Shown: positions 1 to 9,774, counted from the first letter of the stretch. The stretch is DNA of 64,000 nucleotides from an uncultured Ohtaekwangia sp. (GCA_964488465.1 CAZAUN010000017.1:5663-69662), one strand, 5' to 3'. Notes: generated from the letters alone by a model not told the origin. Translations and numbers: made by a program.

Positions 1-89
1 CGGTATTTGTTGGGCTCATATCCACCAACTGTCGGACACCGATTCGGACTCTCAGTCACAGTCAGGTCCTTGCCCGAATTGAGACAAAT

Positions 90-626
90 TTAATTCACCT
101 TCTCAAACAACTTCTGCATCCCCTCCACAATCAATGCCGGAATATTTTTTTGCTTTTCGGGGAGCACACTATCGGCCGAGCCCTGCCATACCAACTCGTT
201 GGCAGCCCGGTCAACCAGGTGCACCGTTACCGTACCCTGCCGATACGTGCCAACTTCCACTTCCTGCGATTGCCAGGAATAGCTTCGCTGGCCCATATAT
301 ACCTGGCGGTCGGCTGGGTTGGCAAAACTGGTTTCACGGGTCTGAACCTCGGACGTCACGACAATACCAATGTTCACCAACAGATCTGGATTATCACCCG
401 TTAAGGTCACTCCTTTTACACCCATCTCTTTTACAATGGCTTCTTTGATCAACTTCAGGTTCTCCTGATGATTGGGTCCGATGGCATCCCCCCCGGTATT
501 TACTTCATAAAAACTAAAGGTCTTGTACTTTGAAATGGAGAAGCTCTCGGCTTTATCAACACCTTTGATATTTACAGAACTACAACCGAACGTGATAAGA
601 ATAAAGAGGACACTTAACTTTTTCAT
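90..626 (-). CDS. DUF4136-family lipoprotein (paralog 1 of 4 in window)
   Basis: 178-aa ORF with ATG start. Signal peptide with lipobox ITFG-C. N-terminal 'SKYKTFSF' and C-terminal 'GTVTVHLVD..ELVWQG' blocks are shared with the three other paralogs here and, from memory, with Pfam DUF4136. Confidence 0.7.
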   Translation of the reverse strand: MKKLSVLFILITFGCSSVNIKGVDKAESFSISKYKTFSFYEVNTGGDAIGPNHQENLKLIKEAIVKEMGVKGVTLTGDNPDLLVNIGIVVTSEVQTRETSFANPADRQVYMGQRSYSWQSQEVEVGTYRQGTVTVHLVDRAANELVWQGSADSVLPEKQKNIPALIVEGMQKLFEKVN

Positions 627-711
627 GGAGGATTAATTTATTCACAATTGATGGTATACAAAATTGCATAAAATACTTCTGCTGCACCACACCCTACTTA
701 TTGGGGAAGTT

Positions 712-2004
712 TCAAAATGTCTCTGAAGCCGCCAGATAAAAGCCATTTGATTTGTTGCCAAACCCAAAGTCGATGGCCAGGTTCGTGCGCGAATGCTTGT
801 CGACCATCACCCGCAGGCCAACCCCATAACTGGGCTTAACGGATTCGAAAAGATCCAACGAAAGCAGAGGATTGCTGGCCGTAGTGGCATTCACAAACAA
901 AACTCCGCCTAGCACGCCACTACACGGTGAAATCGGAAACCGATACTCCGCTTCGCCATAGGCCAGGTTATTTCCGCGGAAGCGACCTTGTGTATAACCC
1001 CGGGCACTTCGGCCACGCTGATCGTAGGCTGTGGCTGGCAAAATCATGTAGGGCAAATCTCCCGGACCTGAAAAATCACCCAAAAACCAAAACGAAATCA
1101 GGTGTGCTGGATTCTTCCTGGACACCCCATGAAAACTCCGCCACTCCACCTGAACCATGTTGGAGTTTACCCGGTTGCCCATAAATTCGAAAGCACCCCG
1201 CCAACTCAATGAAAAATAGTATCCTTTGTAGGCATTGATCATATTGTCGCGGGTATCGATAACAAACCTGGCATTGATCGCGGAACTGAAGTACTTCTCC
1301 GTTTCAAACCCGTAATACCTATTGTAGGCATAATGACTGGTGAGGAGCGTATCACCGGGGGTAAGCTTCAATTTCTCATCAACAATTTTGAAGTAGGAGT
1401 CAAATTGATAACCAAAGCCCAAATACATGCCTGGCTTTACCTTGAAGCCCATGGATTGATGCAGCCGAGCAAAATTGAATTCCATTGGTTGAGCTAACGA
1501 ATCATTTTCTGTTTCAAGACCGCCCAGGTTATACTGTACATCCAAAATGCCACCCTCCGGAGCGGTGGTACCGAGTCCATAGGTAGATTGGGAAAAAATC
1601 AGGTACCGCCAATCGCCACTGTAAAAGATCTTATTATGGCGTGAATAAATGTTATTCTTTAACATGAAGATAAACTGGTTCTTGGTCGTGTATTGAATGC
1701 TGCCCGACAAGAATGAGTAGAGTGTACTTTCCGGCATTTTGAAGGCATACTGACCGCCAACCCCTACCATAAATCCAGTAGCAGGGTTAGCACCAATAAT
1801 AGGAAGCAATAACAATGAACCAGCATTGTTCGCTTTAACTTTTGGGGGCTTACTTAATAAGTCCCTTATTACATCAGAAAGGTCCTGTTGAACACAGGCG
1901 GTATCGGTATCAACGGCTTCGGGTTCTTGAGCCGCCAGGCCCACTGGAATCATGAAAACCAGTAAGAGAAATAATTTATACGATCTCAAGGGTGTATTAA
2001 ACAC
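712..2004 (-). CDS. Omp85/BamA-family outer-membrane beta-barrel without POTRA domains
   Basis: 430-aa ORF with GTG start and signal peptide ..VGLAA-QE. The C-terminal block 'RGYTQGRFRGNNLAYGEAEYRFPI..GVLFVNATT..SYGVGLRVMVD..NLAIDFGFG..ETF' fits the bacterial surface antigen (D15) barrel signature, including the terminal Phe. Only about 60 residues precede the barrel. Confidence 0.7.
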   Translation of the reverse strand: MFNTPLRSYKLFLLLVFMIPVGLAAQEPEAVDTDTACVQQDLSDVIRDLLSKPPKVKANNAGSLLLLPIIGANPATGFMVGVGGQYAFKMPESTLYSFLSGSIQYTTKNQFIFMLKNNIYSRHNKIFYSGDWRYLIFSQSTYGLGTTAPEGGILDVQYNLGGLETENDSLAQPMEFNFARLHQSMGFKVKPGMYLGFGYQFDSYFKIVDEKLKLTPGDTLLTSHYAYNRYYGFETEKYFSSAINARFVIDTRDNMINAYKGYYFSLSWRGAFEFMGNRVNSNMVQVEWRSFHGVSRKNPAHLISFWFLGDFSGPGDLPYMILPATAYDQRGRSARGYTQGRFRGNNLAYGEAEYRFPISPCSGVLGGVLFVNATTASNPLLSLDLFESVKPSYGVGLRVMVDKHSRTNLAIDFGFGNKSNGFYLAASETF

Positions 2005-2195
2005 AGTTTGTAAATATCTTAAATTAACGAATCGGATTGTGGTTCCACGGCTTTAATTCATGAATCATTTGTCCAACCGGGGCCAATAATGATTAACCCG
2101 TTGCTGTGAAATAGACTTTCCCGTCTAAATACTATGAGGAATGTCATTTTTAATTTATCCGCCAATACCTACCTTGCGTATCTAAAATTTCAAAA

Positions 2196-2735
2196 ATGAA
2201 TATGAAAAAGTATATGCTTCTTGCTGTGCCCTTTCTATTGGCATCTTGCAGTTCGCTCAAAGTATCGTACGATTATGACAAGCAAAGCGATTTTTCCAAG
2301 TATAAGACGTACGCCTATAGTGAGGATGCGCAAAAGTTACCGGTGGGCGATTTGAACCGGGCCCGGGTATTGAGTGCAGTAGATGCCGAATTGGCAAAGA
2401 AGGGTTTTACAAAATCCGAATCCCCGGATGTTTTGATCGATATTCATGTGAAGGCTGAAAAACGGACCGAAGCAACGGCCACCACCACCGGCCCGGGTGG
2501 TTACGGTTATTACGGTCGATACGGCTATGGCGGTGGATTTTCAACTACGCAGGTCAATTATAATGAATACATCGATGGAACGATGTTCATTAACATGGTC
2601 GATAAGTCAACCGAAAAAATTGTTTGGCAGGGAAGGGCTACCAAAACGATTGACGAAGATGCCAATGCTGAAAAGCGTGAAAAAAATATCAATTATGCGG
2701 TGCAGCAAATCTTCCTGAAGTACCCGCCTAAGTAA
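2196..2735 (+). CDS. DUF4136-family lipoprotein (paralog 2)
   Basis: 179 aa. Lipobox LLAS-C, 'FSKYKTYAY' motif, Gly/Tyr-rich loop 'GPGGYGYYGRYGYGGG', and C-terminal 'GTMFINMVD..KIVWQG'. Confidence 0.8.
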   Translation: MNMKKYMLLAVPFLLASCSSLKVSYDYDKQSDFSKYKTYAYSEDAQKLPVGDLNRARVLSAVDAELAKKGFTKSESPDVLIDIHVKAEKRTEATATTTGPGGYGYYGRYGYGGGFSTTQVNYNEYIDGTMFINMVDKSTEKIVWQGRATKTIDEDANAEKREKNINYAVQQIFLKYPPK

Positions 2736-2754
2736 AGGCTGTAAAGCTTCCTGA

Positions 2755-2780
2755 AAAGCCCGTTGATCGGGCTTTTTTTT
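2755..2780 (+). terminator. Rho-independent terminator
   Basis: Perfect 8-bp stem aaagcccg/cgggcttt with a 5-nt loop, running into a T8 tract, 20 nt after the stop of 2196..2735. Confidence 0.8.
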
Positions 2781-2844
2781 ATGGAGTTGGGCGAAGTGCT
2801 TTCGTGAAAGATGTCTATCTTGAAATGCATAGGAATGTATAAAA

Positions 2845-3630
2845 ATGCCTGAATTTACTTTTCTTCAAACGACCTCTACGGTGTTGGTGGCCGTAGTACT
2901 TTTTTTTCTATTAATCGCATTCTACATTTTAGGATATCGATTACGATTGCAGATCATCAGTCACCGCGAAAATCAAACGGTGGAAGATTTGGGAGCCATC
3001 AATGGAACCTTGCTCGGATTATTGGCCCTGTTGTTGGCTTTTTCATTTGGCATGTCGAATTCGCGGTACGATACTCGAAGAGAATTGATAATTGAAGAAG
3101 CGAATGATATCGGAACCGTTATTCTTCGCACCGACTTTTTTCCAGATAGTGTTCGTCAACGAATGCGGAACCATCTCAAGGAATATGTAGAAGCCCGAAT
3201 AGAATTTTATGAAGCCCACATGAATTTGGAAAAAGCGTATGCCGCAATGGTTCGTGCAAATGAAATCAGTGCTCACCTATGGGCAGTGACTACTACCTTT
3301 GCCCGCGAAGAGCCCGTCCTGACCAAAACCTCGGAACTGATTCCTGCCTTAAATGCAATGATGGATATCACCACCACCCGCAGGGCTGCCGGTGAAGCCA
3401 CGATTCCTGATTCCATTATGTATTTTCTCTTTGTGCTTTGTTTAACCTCCTCTTTTTTATTGGGCTACGATCGAAAAAATAAGTTTGACTGGGTGGTGGT
3501 GATTGGCTTTGCCCTGATGCTTTCGACTACCGTATTTACGATCATTGACCTGGATCGGCCCCGGAGTGGCTTGATTGACATGGATAGACCCAATCAACGA
3601 ATCATGGAGCTTCGTGATCATTTTAAATAA
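2845..3630 (+). CDS. DUF4239/bestrophin-like membrane protein (family call tentative)
   Basis: 261 aa. Hydrophobic helices at both ends flank a helical core ('SRYDTRRELIIEEANDIGTVILRTDFFP'). Family recalled from memory only. Confidence 0.45.
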   Translation: MPEFTFLQTTSTVLVAVVLFFLLIAFYILGYRLRLQIISHRENQTVEDLGAINGTLLGLLALLLAFSFGMSNSRYDTRRELIIEEANDIGTVILRTDFFPDSVRQRMRNHLKEYVEARIEFYEAHMNLEKAYAAMVRANEISAHLWAVTTTFAREEPVLTKTSELIPALNAMMDITTTRRAAGEATIPDSIMYFLFVLCLTSSFLLGYDRKNKFDWVVVIGFALMLSTTVFTIIDLDRPRSGLIDMDRPNQRIMELRDHFK

Positions 3631-3636
3631 CCTTTA

Positions 3637-4665
3637 ATGAAGCCATGGCTCTTCGTATGCTTGATTGGAAATACCCTTACGGCTTGGGCGCAGCGAACCG
3701 ACCTGCTTTATCTGCGAAATGGGGATGTGATTACCGGGGAAATCAAAAAAATGGAGTTTGGCGTACTCACCTACAAGACGGATGATGCCGGCACGCTTAC
3801 AGTAAACTGGGATAAAGTTATGCGCCTGCGATCGGTTCATCAATTCGAACTGGTGATTAACGATGGTGGCCTCGCCCATGGCTATGGCTCACTCGATACC
3901 ACCCGGCTCGATCAACAAGTTGTATTGGTGCTGAAAACCGGTCGCGTAGTACTGGATCTGGATAAGCTGACAAAAATAGTTCCGATTAAGAAGGGAATTG
4001 CCGCCCGTCTGGATGGCACCTTACGACTGGGACTTAGTTACAACAAAGGGAGCCAGGTGTTGAACACCAATGCCGGTGCCGATGCCAATTACCGGTCCTT
4101 ACATGATAAAGTTTCTGTGGTGGCAAATTCCACACGCACGCTCCAACAATTTGCGGACACCTCCGAATTACGCGTCAAACAAGATCTCTATTTTCAATAC
4201 TATCGGTTTTTCCGCAACCGGATGTTTGTTACGGGCTATAATTCATTGGAAGAAAACACGGAATTAGGGTTGCTCTTACGCGCTGCCCTGGGGGCGGGTT
4301 TAGGACGAGAATTATTCCTGAACAAAGTCAACTCGTTGAACTTTACGCTGGGCGTAAACGGCAACCGTGAAAACAGTCTGGAGGGTAGCAGCACCGTAAA
4401 CCTGGAAGGGCTCGCCTTCCTTCAATATCGGATCTACAAGCTCACCATCCCCAAAGTGATGATGTACACCTATGTGTATGCTTTGCCCAGCATCTCCAAT
4501 CCGGGCCGGATGCGGGTGACGGGCAATATTTCGGTGGACTTTGAACTCTTCAAGGATTTTACATTAGGTATTTCTTCCTATCAGAATTATGATAACCGGC
4601 CTGCGACTGCGGGCTCTGCAACATTTGATTGGGGTATTACCACGAACATCGGTTACACATTTTGA
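3637..4665 (+). CDS. DUF481-like outer-membrane beta-barrel protein
   Basis: 342 aa with signal peptide ..LTAWA-Q. N-terminal 'LRNGDVITGEI' motif, alternating beta-strand pattern, and terminal '..NIGYTF'. Starts 6 nt after the previous stop. Confidence 0.5.
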   Translation: MKPWLFVCLIGNTLTAWAQRTDLLYLRNGDVITGEIKKMEFGVLTYKTDDAGTLTVNWDKVMRLRSVHQFELVINDGGLAHGYGSLDTTRLDQQVVLVLKTGRVVLDLDKLTKIVPIKKGIAARLDGTLRLGLSYNKGSQVLNTNAGADANYRSLHDKVSVVANSTRTLQQFADTSELRVKQDLYFQYYRFFRNRMFVTGYNSLEENTELGLLLRAALGAGLGRELFLNKVNSLNFTLGVNGNRENSLEGSSTVNLEGLAFLQYRIYKLTIPKVMMYTYVYALPSISNPGRMRVTGNISVDFELFKDFTLGISSYQNYDNRPATAGSATFDWGITTNIGYTF

Positions 4666-4668
4666 TGC

Positions 4669-6894
4669 ATGCAAAACTCAGGTACGATAGGATACATTGG
4701 ATTCATCTGGTTGACCCTCCTGGGTTGTAGCGTTGACAATAAGAATGATCTTGTTGTAACCCCCGTTGCTGAGCCTGCCTATCTGGGAAGTGCCGTGTGC
4801 CAGTCCTGTCATCAAAAAGAATTTTCCGATTGGCAACGTTCGGATCATTTCCGTGCCATGCAGCATGCCCACGATTCTACTGTGTTGGGTGATTTCAACA
4901 ACACCACCTTTACGGCTGATGGTGTTACCTCAAGATTTTTTAAGCGTGAAGGTAAATTCATCATCAACACACAAGGTGATGACGGCCAGAATCATGACTA
5001 TGAAGTGGTGTATACGTTTGGGTATTATCCTTTGCAGCAATATCTGATTGCCTTTCCGGGTGGGCGCTTACAGGCAACCCGGGTTAGCTGGGATGCTCGC
5101 AATCAGAAATGGTTTCATCAATATGCCGGTGATAATATTCATTATCGCGATTGGCTGCACTGGACGGGCAACGCACAAAACTGGAATACCATGTGTGCTT
5201 CCTGTCATTCCACGAACCTTCAAAAGAATTATCAATTCCGCTCCGATTCCTATGCCACTACCTGGACCGAAGTAAACACAGGTTGCGAAACCTGCCACGG
5301 AGCCGGCAGCAAGCACATCGATTTTATCAATTCGGATGAATATGATCGTGGAGTGCGGGTTGAGAACGCTGCTTTATACTACGGTAAAAGTGTGAATCCC
5401 CAACTTCAACTCAATACCTGCGCCCCCTGCCATGCACGCAAGTCGGACATTGCGCAAAAATTCATGCAGACTTCTGAAATCCTGGACGATCTGATCCCGC
5501 AAATCATTAGTCACGAATACTATTATGCGGATGGACAAATCCGCGAAGAAGACTATGAATACAGTTCCTTCGCACAGAGTAAAATGTTTCATCAGCAGGT
5601 TCGGTGCAGCAGTTGCCATAACCCTCACTCGGGCGAATTGAAGCTTCAAGGCAATGCCTTGTGCATGAGTTGTCATGAACCCAAGTACGATACAGAACAG
5701 CATCACTTTCACAAGGTCAACACAGCAGGATCCCAATGCATCAGTTGTCATATGCCCGAGCGAACCTACATGGGCAACGACCAGCGCAGGGATCATAGCT
5801 TTCGGATTCCGAGGCCGGATCAATCCGTTACATTCGGAACTCCAAACACCTGTACAAGCTGTCATCAGAAAAAATCCGATGAGTGGGCTGCCAAGGCTAT
5901 CGAAAAATGGTATGGCCCGAAACGAGGATATCATTTTTCAGATGATTTACTTCCCGGCAGTCAGTTGACCGATAAAAGCGAATCGCATCTCTTGAAATTA
6001 TTGGCTGACACAACGCAACCGGAAATTGCCCGCGCCACAGCCGTCTACTATATGAGCAGCATCCAGTCACAAGGTAGTTTGAAGGGATTGCTCGAATCCT
6101 TGCAGGATAATAAACCATTGGTGCGTTATCATGCATTGCGGGGATTGGAAAATTTTTCTCCGGAATTCTGGATTCAGCAGGCGATACCCAGCTTACGTGA
6201 TCCGGTACGGGCCGTGCGGATTGCGGCAGCTGATCTATTCCATGGGTTGCCGGCAGAAGCTATTCCATCCTCTGCCCGCGATGCTTACCAGGCTGCGAAT
6301 CTTGAGAATAAAAGATACCTGCAATATCAAACTGATTTTGCTTTGGGTAATGTCATGCTTGCCGATTATCAGCTGCAGGAAAATGATCATCTCGCGGCTA
6401 TCGTGAGTTACATTCGAGGCCTGGAGAAAGACAGCCTGATGAATTATGCGCGCCTCAATCTCTCCGCGGCCTATAACAGCGTTGGAAAAAATGAAGAGGC
6501 CCTTACTACCTTGATGGAGGCAGCCGCAATCGATCCGAAGAACGATCGCATCTTTTATAACCTGGCGTTGCTCCAGTATGAGTTGGGGAACATGCCAGCC
6601 TCGGCAGAGAATTTTACAAAAGCCATACGGTTGGGTTCACAAAATGCAAATCTCTACTACAACTACGGACTGTTATTGCAGCAACAGGGAAAACTAAATG
6701 AGGCTGAGCAAATTTTATTAAGAGGATATTCATTGGATCCGCTTGCATTGAATATCAATTACGCGCTGGCCCTCTTTTATATAGGTCAGCATGTTCCTCA
6801 GAAAGCCAGGAAGCATGCTGACGTGCTTCGCAGGTTACAGCCTAGCAATCCGGAGTATCAAAAATTGTTTAGGAGTTTGGAAACACCTCTATGA
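4669..6894 (+). CDS. Octahaem c-type cytochrome lipoprotein with C-terminal HEAT/TPR repeats
   Basis: 741 aa with lipobox LTLLG-C. Eight CxxCH motifs (CQSCH, CASCH, CETCH, CAPCH, CSSCH, CMSCH, CISCH, CTSCH) lie in the N-terminal half. The C-terminal ~300 aa are helical repeats, e.g. 'YNLALLQYELGN' and 'YNYGLLLQQQGKLNEA'. Confidence 0.85.
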   Translation: MQNSGTIGYIGFIWLTLLGCSVDNKNDLVVTPVAEPAYLGSAVCQSCHQKEFSDWQRSDHFRAMQHAHDSTVLGDFNNTTFTADGVTSRFFKREGKFIINTQGDDGQNHDYEVVYTFGYYPLQQYLIAFPGGRLQATRVSWDARNQKWFHQYAGDNIHYRDWLHWTGNAQNWNTMCASCHSTNLQKNYQFRSDSYATTWTEVNTGCETCHGAGSKHIDFINSDEYDRGVRVENAALYYGKSVNPQLQLNTCAPCHARKSDIAQKFMQTSEILDDLIPQIISHEYYYADGQIREEDYEYSSFAQSKMFHQQVRCSSCHNPHSGELKLQGNALCMSCHEPKYDTEQHHFHKVNTAGSQCISCHMPERTYMGNDQRRDHSFRIPRPDQSVTFGTPNTCTSCHQKKSDEWAAKAIEKWYGPKRGYHFSDDLLPGSQLTDKSESHLLKLLADTTQPEIARATAVYYMSSIQSQGSLKGLLESLQDNKPLVRYHALRGLENFSPEFWIQQAIPSLRDPVRAVRIAAADLFHGLPAEAIPSSARDAYQAANLENKRYLQYQTDFALGNVMLADYQLQENDHLAAIVSYIRGLEKDSLMNYARLNLSAAYNSVGKNEEALTTLMEAAAIDPKNDRIFYNLALLQYELGNMPASAENFTKAIRLGSQNANLYYNYGLLLQQQGKLNEAEQILLRGYSLDPLALNINYALALFYIGQHVPQKARKHADVLRRLQPSNPEYQKLFRSLETPL

Positions 6895-6973
6895 AAAGTT
6901 TTTCATCCTGATACTTTTATTATATACTCGTATTTAAATAGCTGATCATTGCCCTAGAAAAATAAACCAACGG

Positions 6974-8098
6974 ATGAACTTAAAGATACCTTTCCTGATT
7001 GGCCTGTTATTGGGGGCTACGATAACCCAGGCTCAAACAACGGCCGAAGAAAAAACGAACGCAACCCTTTACGGATTTGGCCGGACCAGCGTGGTTTGGG
7101 ATGATCAGAACCTGAGTCGAAGTGACTTATTTGTGCCAGCCAACATTATTGTAGGGGCGACAAAAAACCCCACCTTCTTTATTGGAGCAAAACAAACCCG
7201 TATTGGCTTTGATGTTAACCACACGATCGGGAGCGAAACTCTTACCATTAAGTTGGAAGGTGATTTTCATAACGATGCCTCCAATGCAATCGGCCTTTTC
7301 CGGATGCGGCACGCATATGCGCGCTATCGATTTGTACTTGTGGGCATGACCTGGAGTAACTTCTTTGATGAAGAAGTTAACCCCTTAGCCGTTGACTTTG
7401 AGGGTCCGAACAGTTCAACCCTTTCACGCACACCGCAGATTCGTTTCTCAACCACCAAATCCGGTCATGTTCTCTCCCTTTCCCTGGAGAATCCGATCGA
7501 GAATGTAACGGTGGGTGGGGCCGTTGCCGTATTACCAGAGCGCTTTCCTGATGTAATTGCTGCGTATCGTTTCGAAGGTAACTTTGGTTTTATAAAAACA
7601 GCAGCGCTGTTTCGAGAAATTCGGTATCAAAGTGATAAAGCCAGAAGTTTGCCGGGATATGGTATAACCGTTATGACTTCCGTGAAAGCTGGGAATAAAG
7701 ACAAATTGCGATTTCAGGGAGTGACGGGAACAGGAGTAGCCCGATACATTCAGGGCGCGAGCGGTTTAAATTATGATGCGATTTACGATGGAACCACTGA
7801 GTTGCAGACATTACGAATGTGGGGCTCAAACATTTCTTATCAACATTTCTGGAAGGATCATATGCATTCCTCCATCACAGCGGGTTGGCTGAAAGCAGAA
7901 GAGAACACCAACCTGGCTGCCACCGGGTATCAATCAGGGTACTATGGCTCACTCAATTTATTTTGGGATCCTATCAAAAATCTAACGTTTGGATGGGAGG
8001 CGCTTCTTGGTGAACGGGTAAATGTTAACGAAGATAAAGGCAGGGCTGTGCGGCTTCAGATGAATGCTACGTATAAATTCAACCATTCAATTCAGTAA
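6974..8098 (+). CDS. DcaP-like outer-membrane porin
   Basis: 374 aa with signal peptide ..ITQA-Q. 'GAKQTRIGFD', 'FRMRHAYARY..GMTWSNF' and 'DFEGPNSS..RTPQIRF' resemble DcaP-type porins as I recall them. Confidence 0.55.
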   Translation: MNLKIPFLIGLLLGATITQAQTTAEEKTNATLYGFGRTSVVWDDQNLSRSDLFVPANIIVGATKNPTFFIGAKQTRIGFDVNHTIGSETLTIKLEGDFHNDASNAIGLFRMRHAYARYRFVLVGMTWSNFFDEEVNPLAVDFEGPNSSTLSRTPQIRFSTTKSGHVLSLSLENPIENVTVGGAVAVLPERFPDVIAAYRFEGNFGFIKTAALFREIRYQSDKARSLPGYGITVMTSVKAGNKDKLRFQGVTGTGVARYIQGASGLNYDAIYDGTTELQTLRMWGSNISYQHFWKDHMHSSITAGWLKAEENTNLAATGYQSGYYGSLNLFWDPIKNLTFGWEALLGERVNVNEDKGRAVRLQMNATYKFNHSIQ

Positions 8099-8115
8099 TA
8101 CAAATCATCAACCTT

Positions 8116-8928
8116 ATGCAATTCAACAGGAAAGCTCTAATCACATTATTGGTCATCGCATTCGCGGGATGTCGACAGGCGGAAAAACCTCAAGAAACAT
8201 CTGGCGATCGTGATGATTCATTAACGATTGTCAATGCCACTGCTCCGGATTCAGAGACGACAAAAGAACAAGGATATATTCTTCCGGGCCTGGATCATGG
8301 CTTTGAACAATCGCCTATCAATATTGTCTCCTCTAAAAATGAGGCCGGGAAGCACGCCATCACCCTATTCTTCCAAGATGAAGTGAATAAGATAGAGAAT
8401 CTGGGACACACTGTACAACTGGACTTTGCAGAAGGAAGTACCATTACCCAGGATGACACTACCTTTCACTTTAAGCAATGTCATTTTCACACTCCCTCTG
8501 AACATTTAATTGATGGCCTGACTTTCCCCATGGAAATGCATATTGTTAATCTTCTGCCTTCATCCGATAAAAATGCGACACCCCAGTACTTGGTCATTGG
8601 TGTGCTGTTTAAAGAAGGTACTGAAAATAGATTTATTAACGATTTCTTAAATGCCATCCCGAAAGAAGAACATCAGGCAACCAATGTAAAACCGGGTACG
8701 GTGAAATTGGCTGATTTATTCGGCACTATTCCTAAGGAAATTAGGGGTAATTATTACAATTATCGAGGTTCTTTAACCACGCCACCCTATACAGAGTCGG
8801 TGCGCTGGTACATCACCAAACATATATTCGAAGCTTCGGCTGAGCAAATAGAAGCCATCAATAAGATTGAAGGTAATAACGCAAGGCATGTACAAGCCCT
8901 GTATGGTCGTACCGTAACTTCAAAATAA
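8116..8928 (+). CDS. Alpha-class carbonic anhydrase (lipoprotein)
   Basis: 270 aa with lipobox FAG-C. Alpha-CA signatures are 'QSPINI', 'HFHTPSEH' plus 'MEMHIVN' (three Zn-binding His), and 'GSLTTPP'. Confidence 0.9.
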   Translation: MQFNRKALITLLVIAFAGCRQAEKPQETSGDRDDSLTIVNATAPDSETTKEQGYILPGLDHGFEQSPINIVSSKNEAGKHAITLFFQDEVNKIENLGHTVQLDFAEGSTITQDDTTFHFKQCHFHTPSEHLIDGLTFPMEMHIVNLLPSSDKNATPQYLVIGVLFKEGTENRFINDFLNAIPKEEHQATNVKPGTVKLADLFGTIPKEIRGNYYNYRGSLTTPPYTESVRWYITKHIFEASAEQIEAINKIEGNNARHVQALYGRTVTSK

Positions 8929-9093
8929 CATTTGCCGGAGAGGGCCACGTGTGTTTGGATATTGAGGATTTAGTCTGTCATTCAGAATACATTTCACTTT
9001 TCTGGTAGCGATCCATATCCTCATATAGGTAAATTTTCCAATTGATTTAAGTTCAAACAATCTTTTTATAAATTAAAGGTTGTTTTCTTTTTC

Positions 9094-9663
9094 ATGAGCC
9101 AAGGTAAGACCAGAAATCAGTGGATAGAAACGGGATTTGAACTGTTTGCGCGCGAAGGTCATGATGGCCTGCAGGTGGAGCGCCTCGCACGCATCATATA
9201 TCGTAACAAATCCGGATTTTATCATTACTTCGGAACAATGGAGAATTACATTGGGGCCTTGATGCGCCACCTGAACAAACAATCGGACTCCATTGTGGCC
9301 GAAACCAGGAAAGCCACCGAATTTGACCCTGGCTTTTTAAATGTGATGGTTAATCATTCAATCACTATCCTGGCTACCATGCAGTTAGTAAGAAACCGAA
9401 ATGTGCCACTTTTTACAGAAACTTTCCGGCAGGTGACACACAAAATCGATCAGGCATTGCTGCCTTTGTGGGTTACTCATATTGGCATCACCAACAATCC
9501 TGATCTTGCGTTGCGGTACTTTGAGATCGTCCGGGACATGTTTTTTTCCCGCATCACATTGACCACATTGAACTACGAGTATTTACACACCCTGGCCCGT
9601 GAAGCCCGTACCATCGTCCTGGAATTGAATCAGGATGGCACAGGAACAAAAAATCCGGAATGA
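9094..9663 (+). CDS. TetR/AcrR-family transcriptional regulator (copy 1)
   Basis: 189 aa. N-terminal HTH 'GFELFAREGHDGLQVERLARIIYRNKSGFYHYFG'. Paralogous to 13562..14128. Confidence 0.85.
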   Translation: MSQGKTRNQWIETGFELFAREGHDGLQVERLARIIYRNKSGFYHYFGTMENYIGALMRHLNKQSDSIVAETRKATEFDPGFLNVMVNHSITILATMQLVRNRNVPLFTETFRQVTHKIDQALLPLWVTHIGITNNPDLALRYFEIVRDMFFSRITLTTLNYEYLHTLAREARTIVLELNQDGTGTKNPE

Positions 9664-9774
9664 TACCGTCATTATAAAAATGGACGGTCGCGTTCAATTT
9701 TTCAGCTGAATAACTATTGCTACTTTTACCTAACAAGTTCTCATCCTATTCAAACCCTTCAAAATCCTTACTCT

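Noticed and set aside
2056-2065. 10-bp palindrome ATTCATGAAT in the divergent region between the Omp85 and DUF4136 genes.
   Set aside because: About 60 perfect 10-bp palindromes are expected by chance in 64 kb, and AT-rich ones are even more likely.
9665-9688. Hairpin ACCGTC-N12-GACGGT just after tetR copy 1.
   Set aside because: It has only a 6-bp stem with a 12-nt AT-rich loop and no proper T-tract. That is too weak to call a terminator or operator, though its position parallels the hairpin after tetR copy 2.
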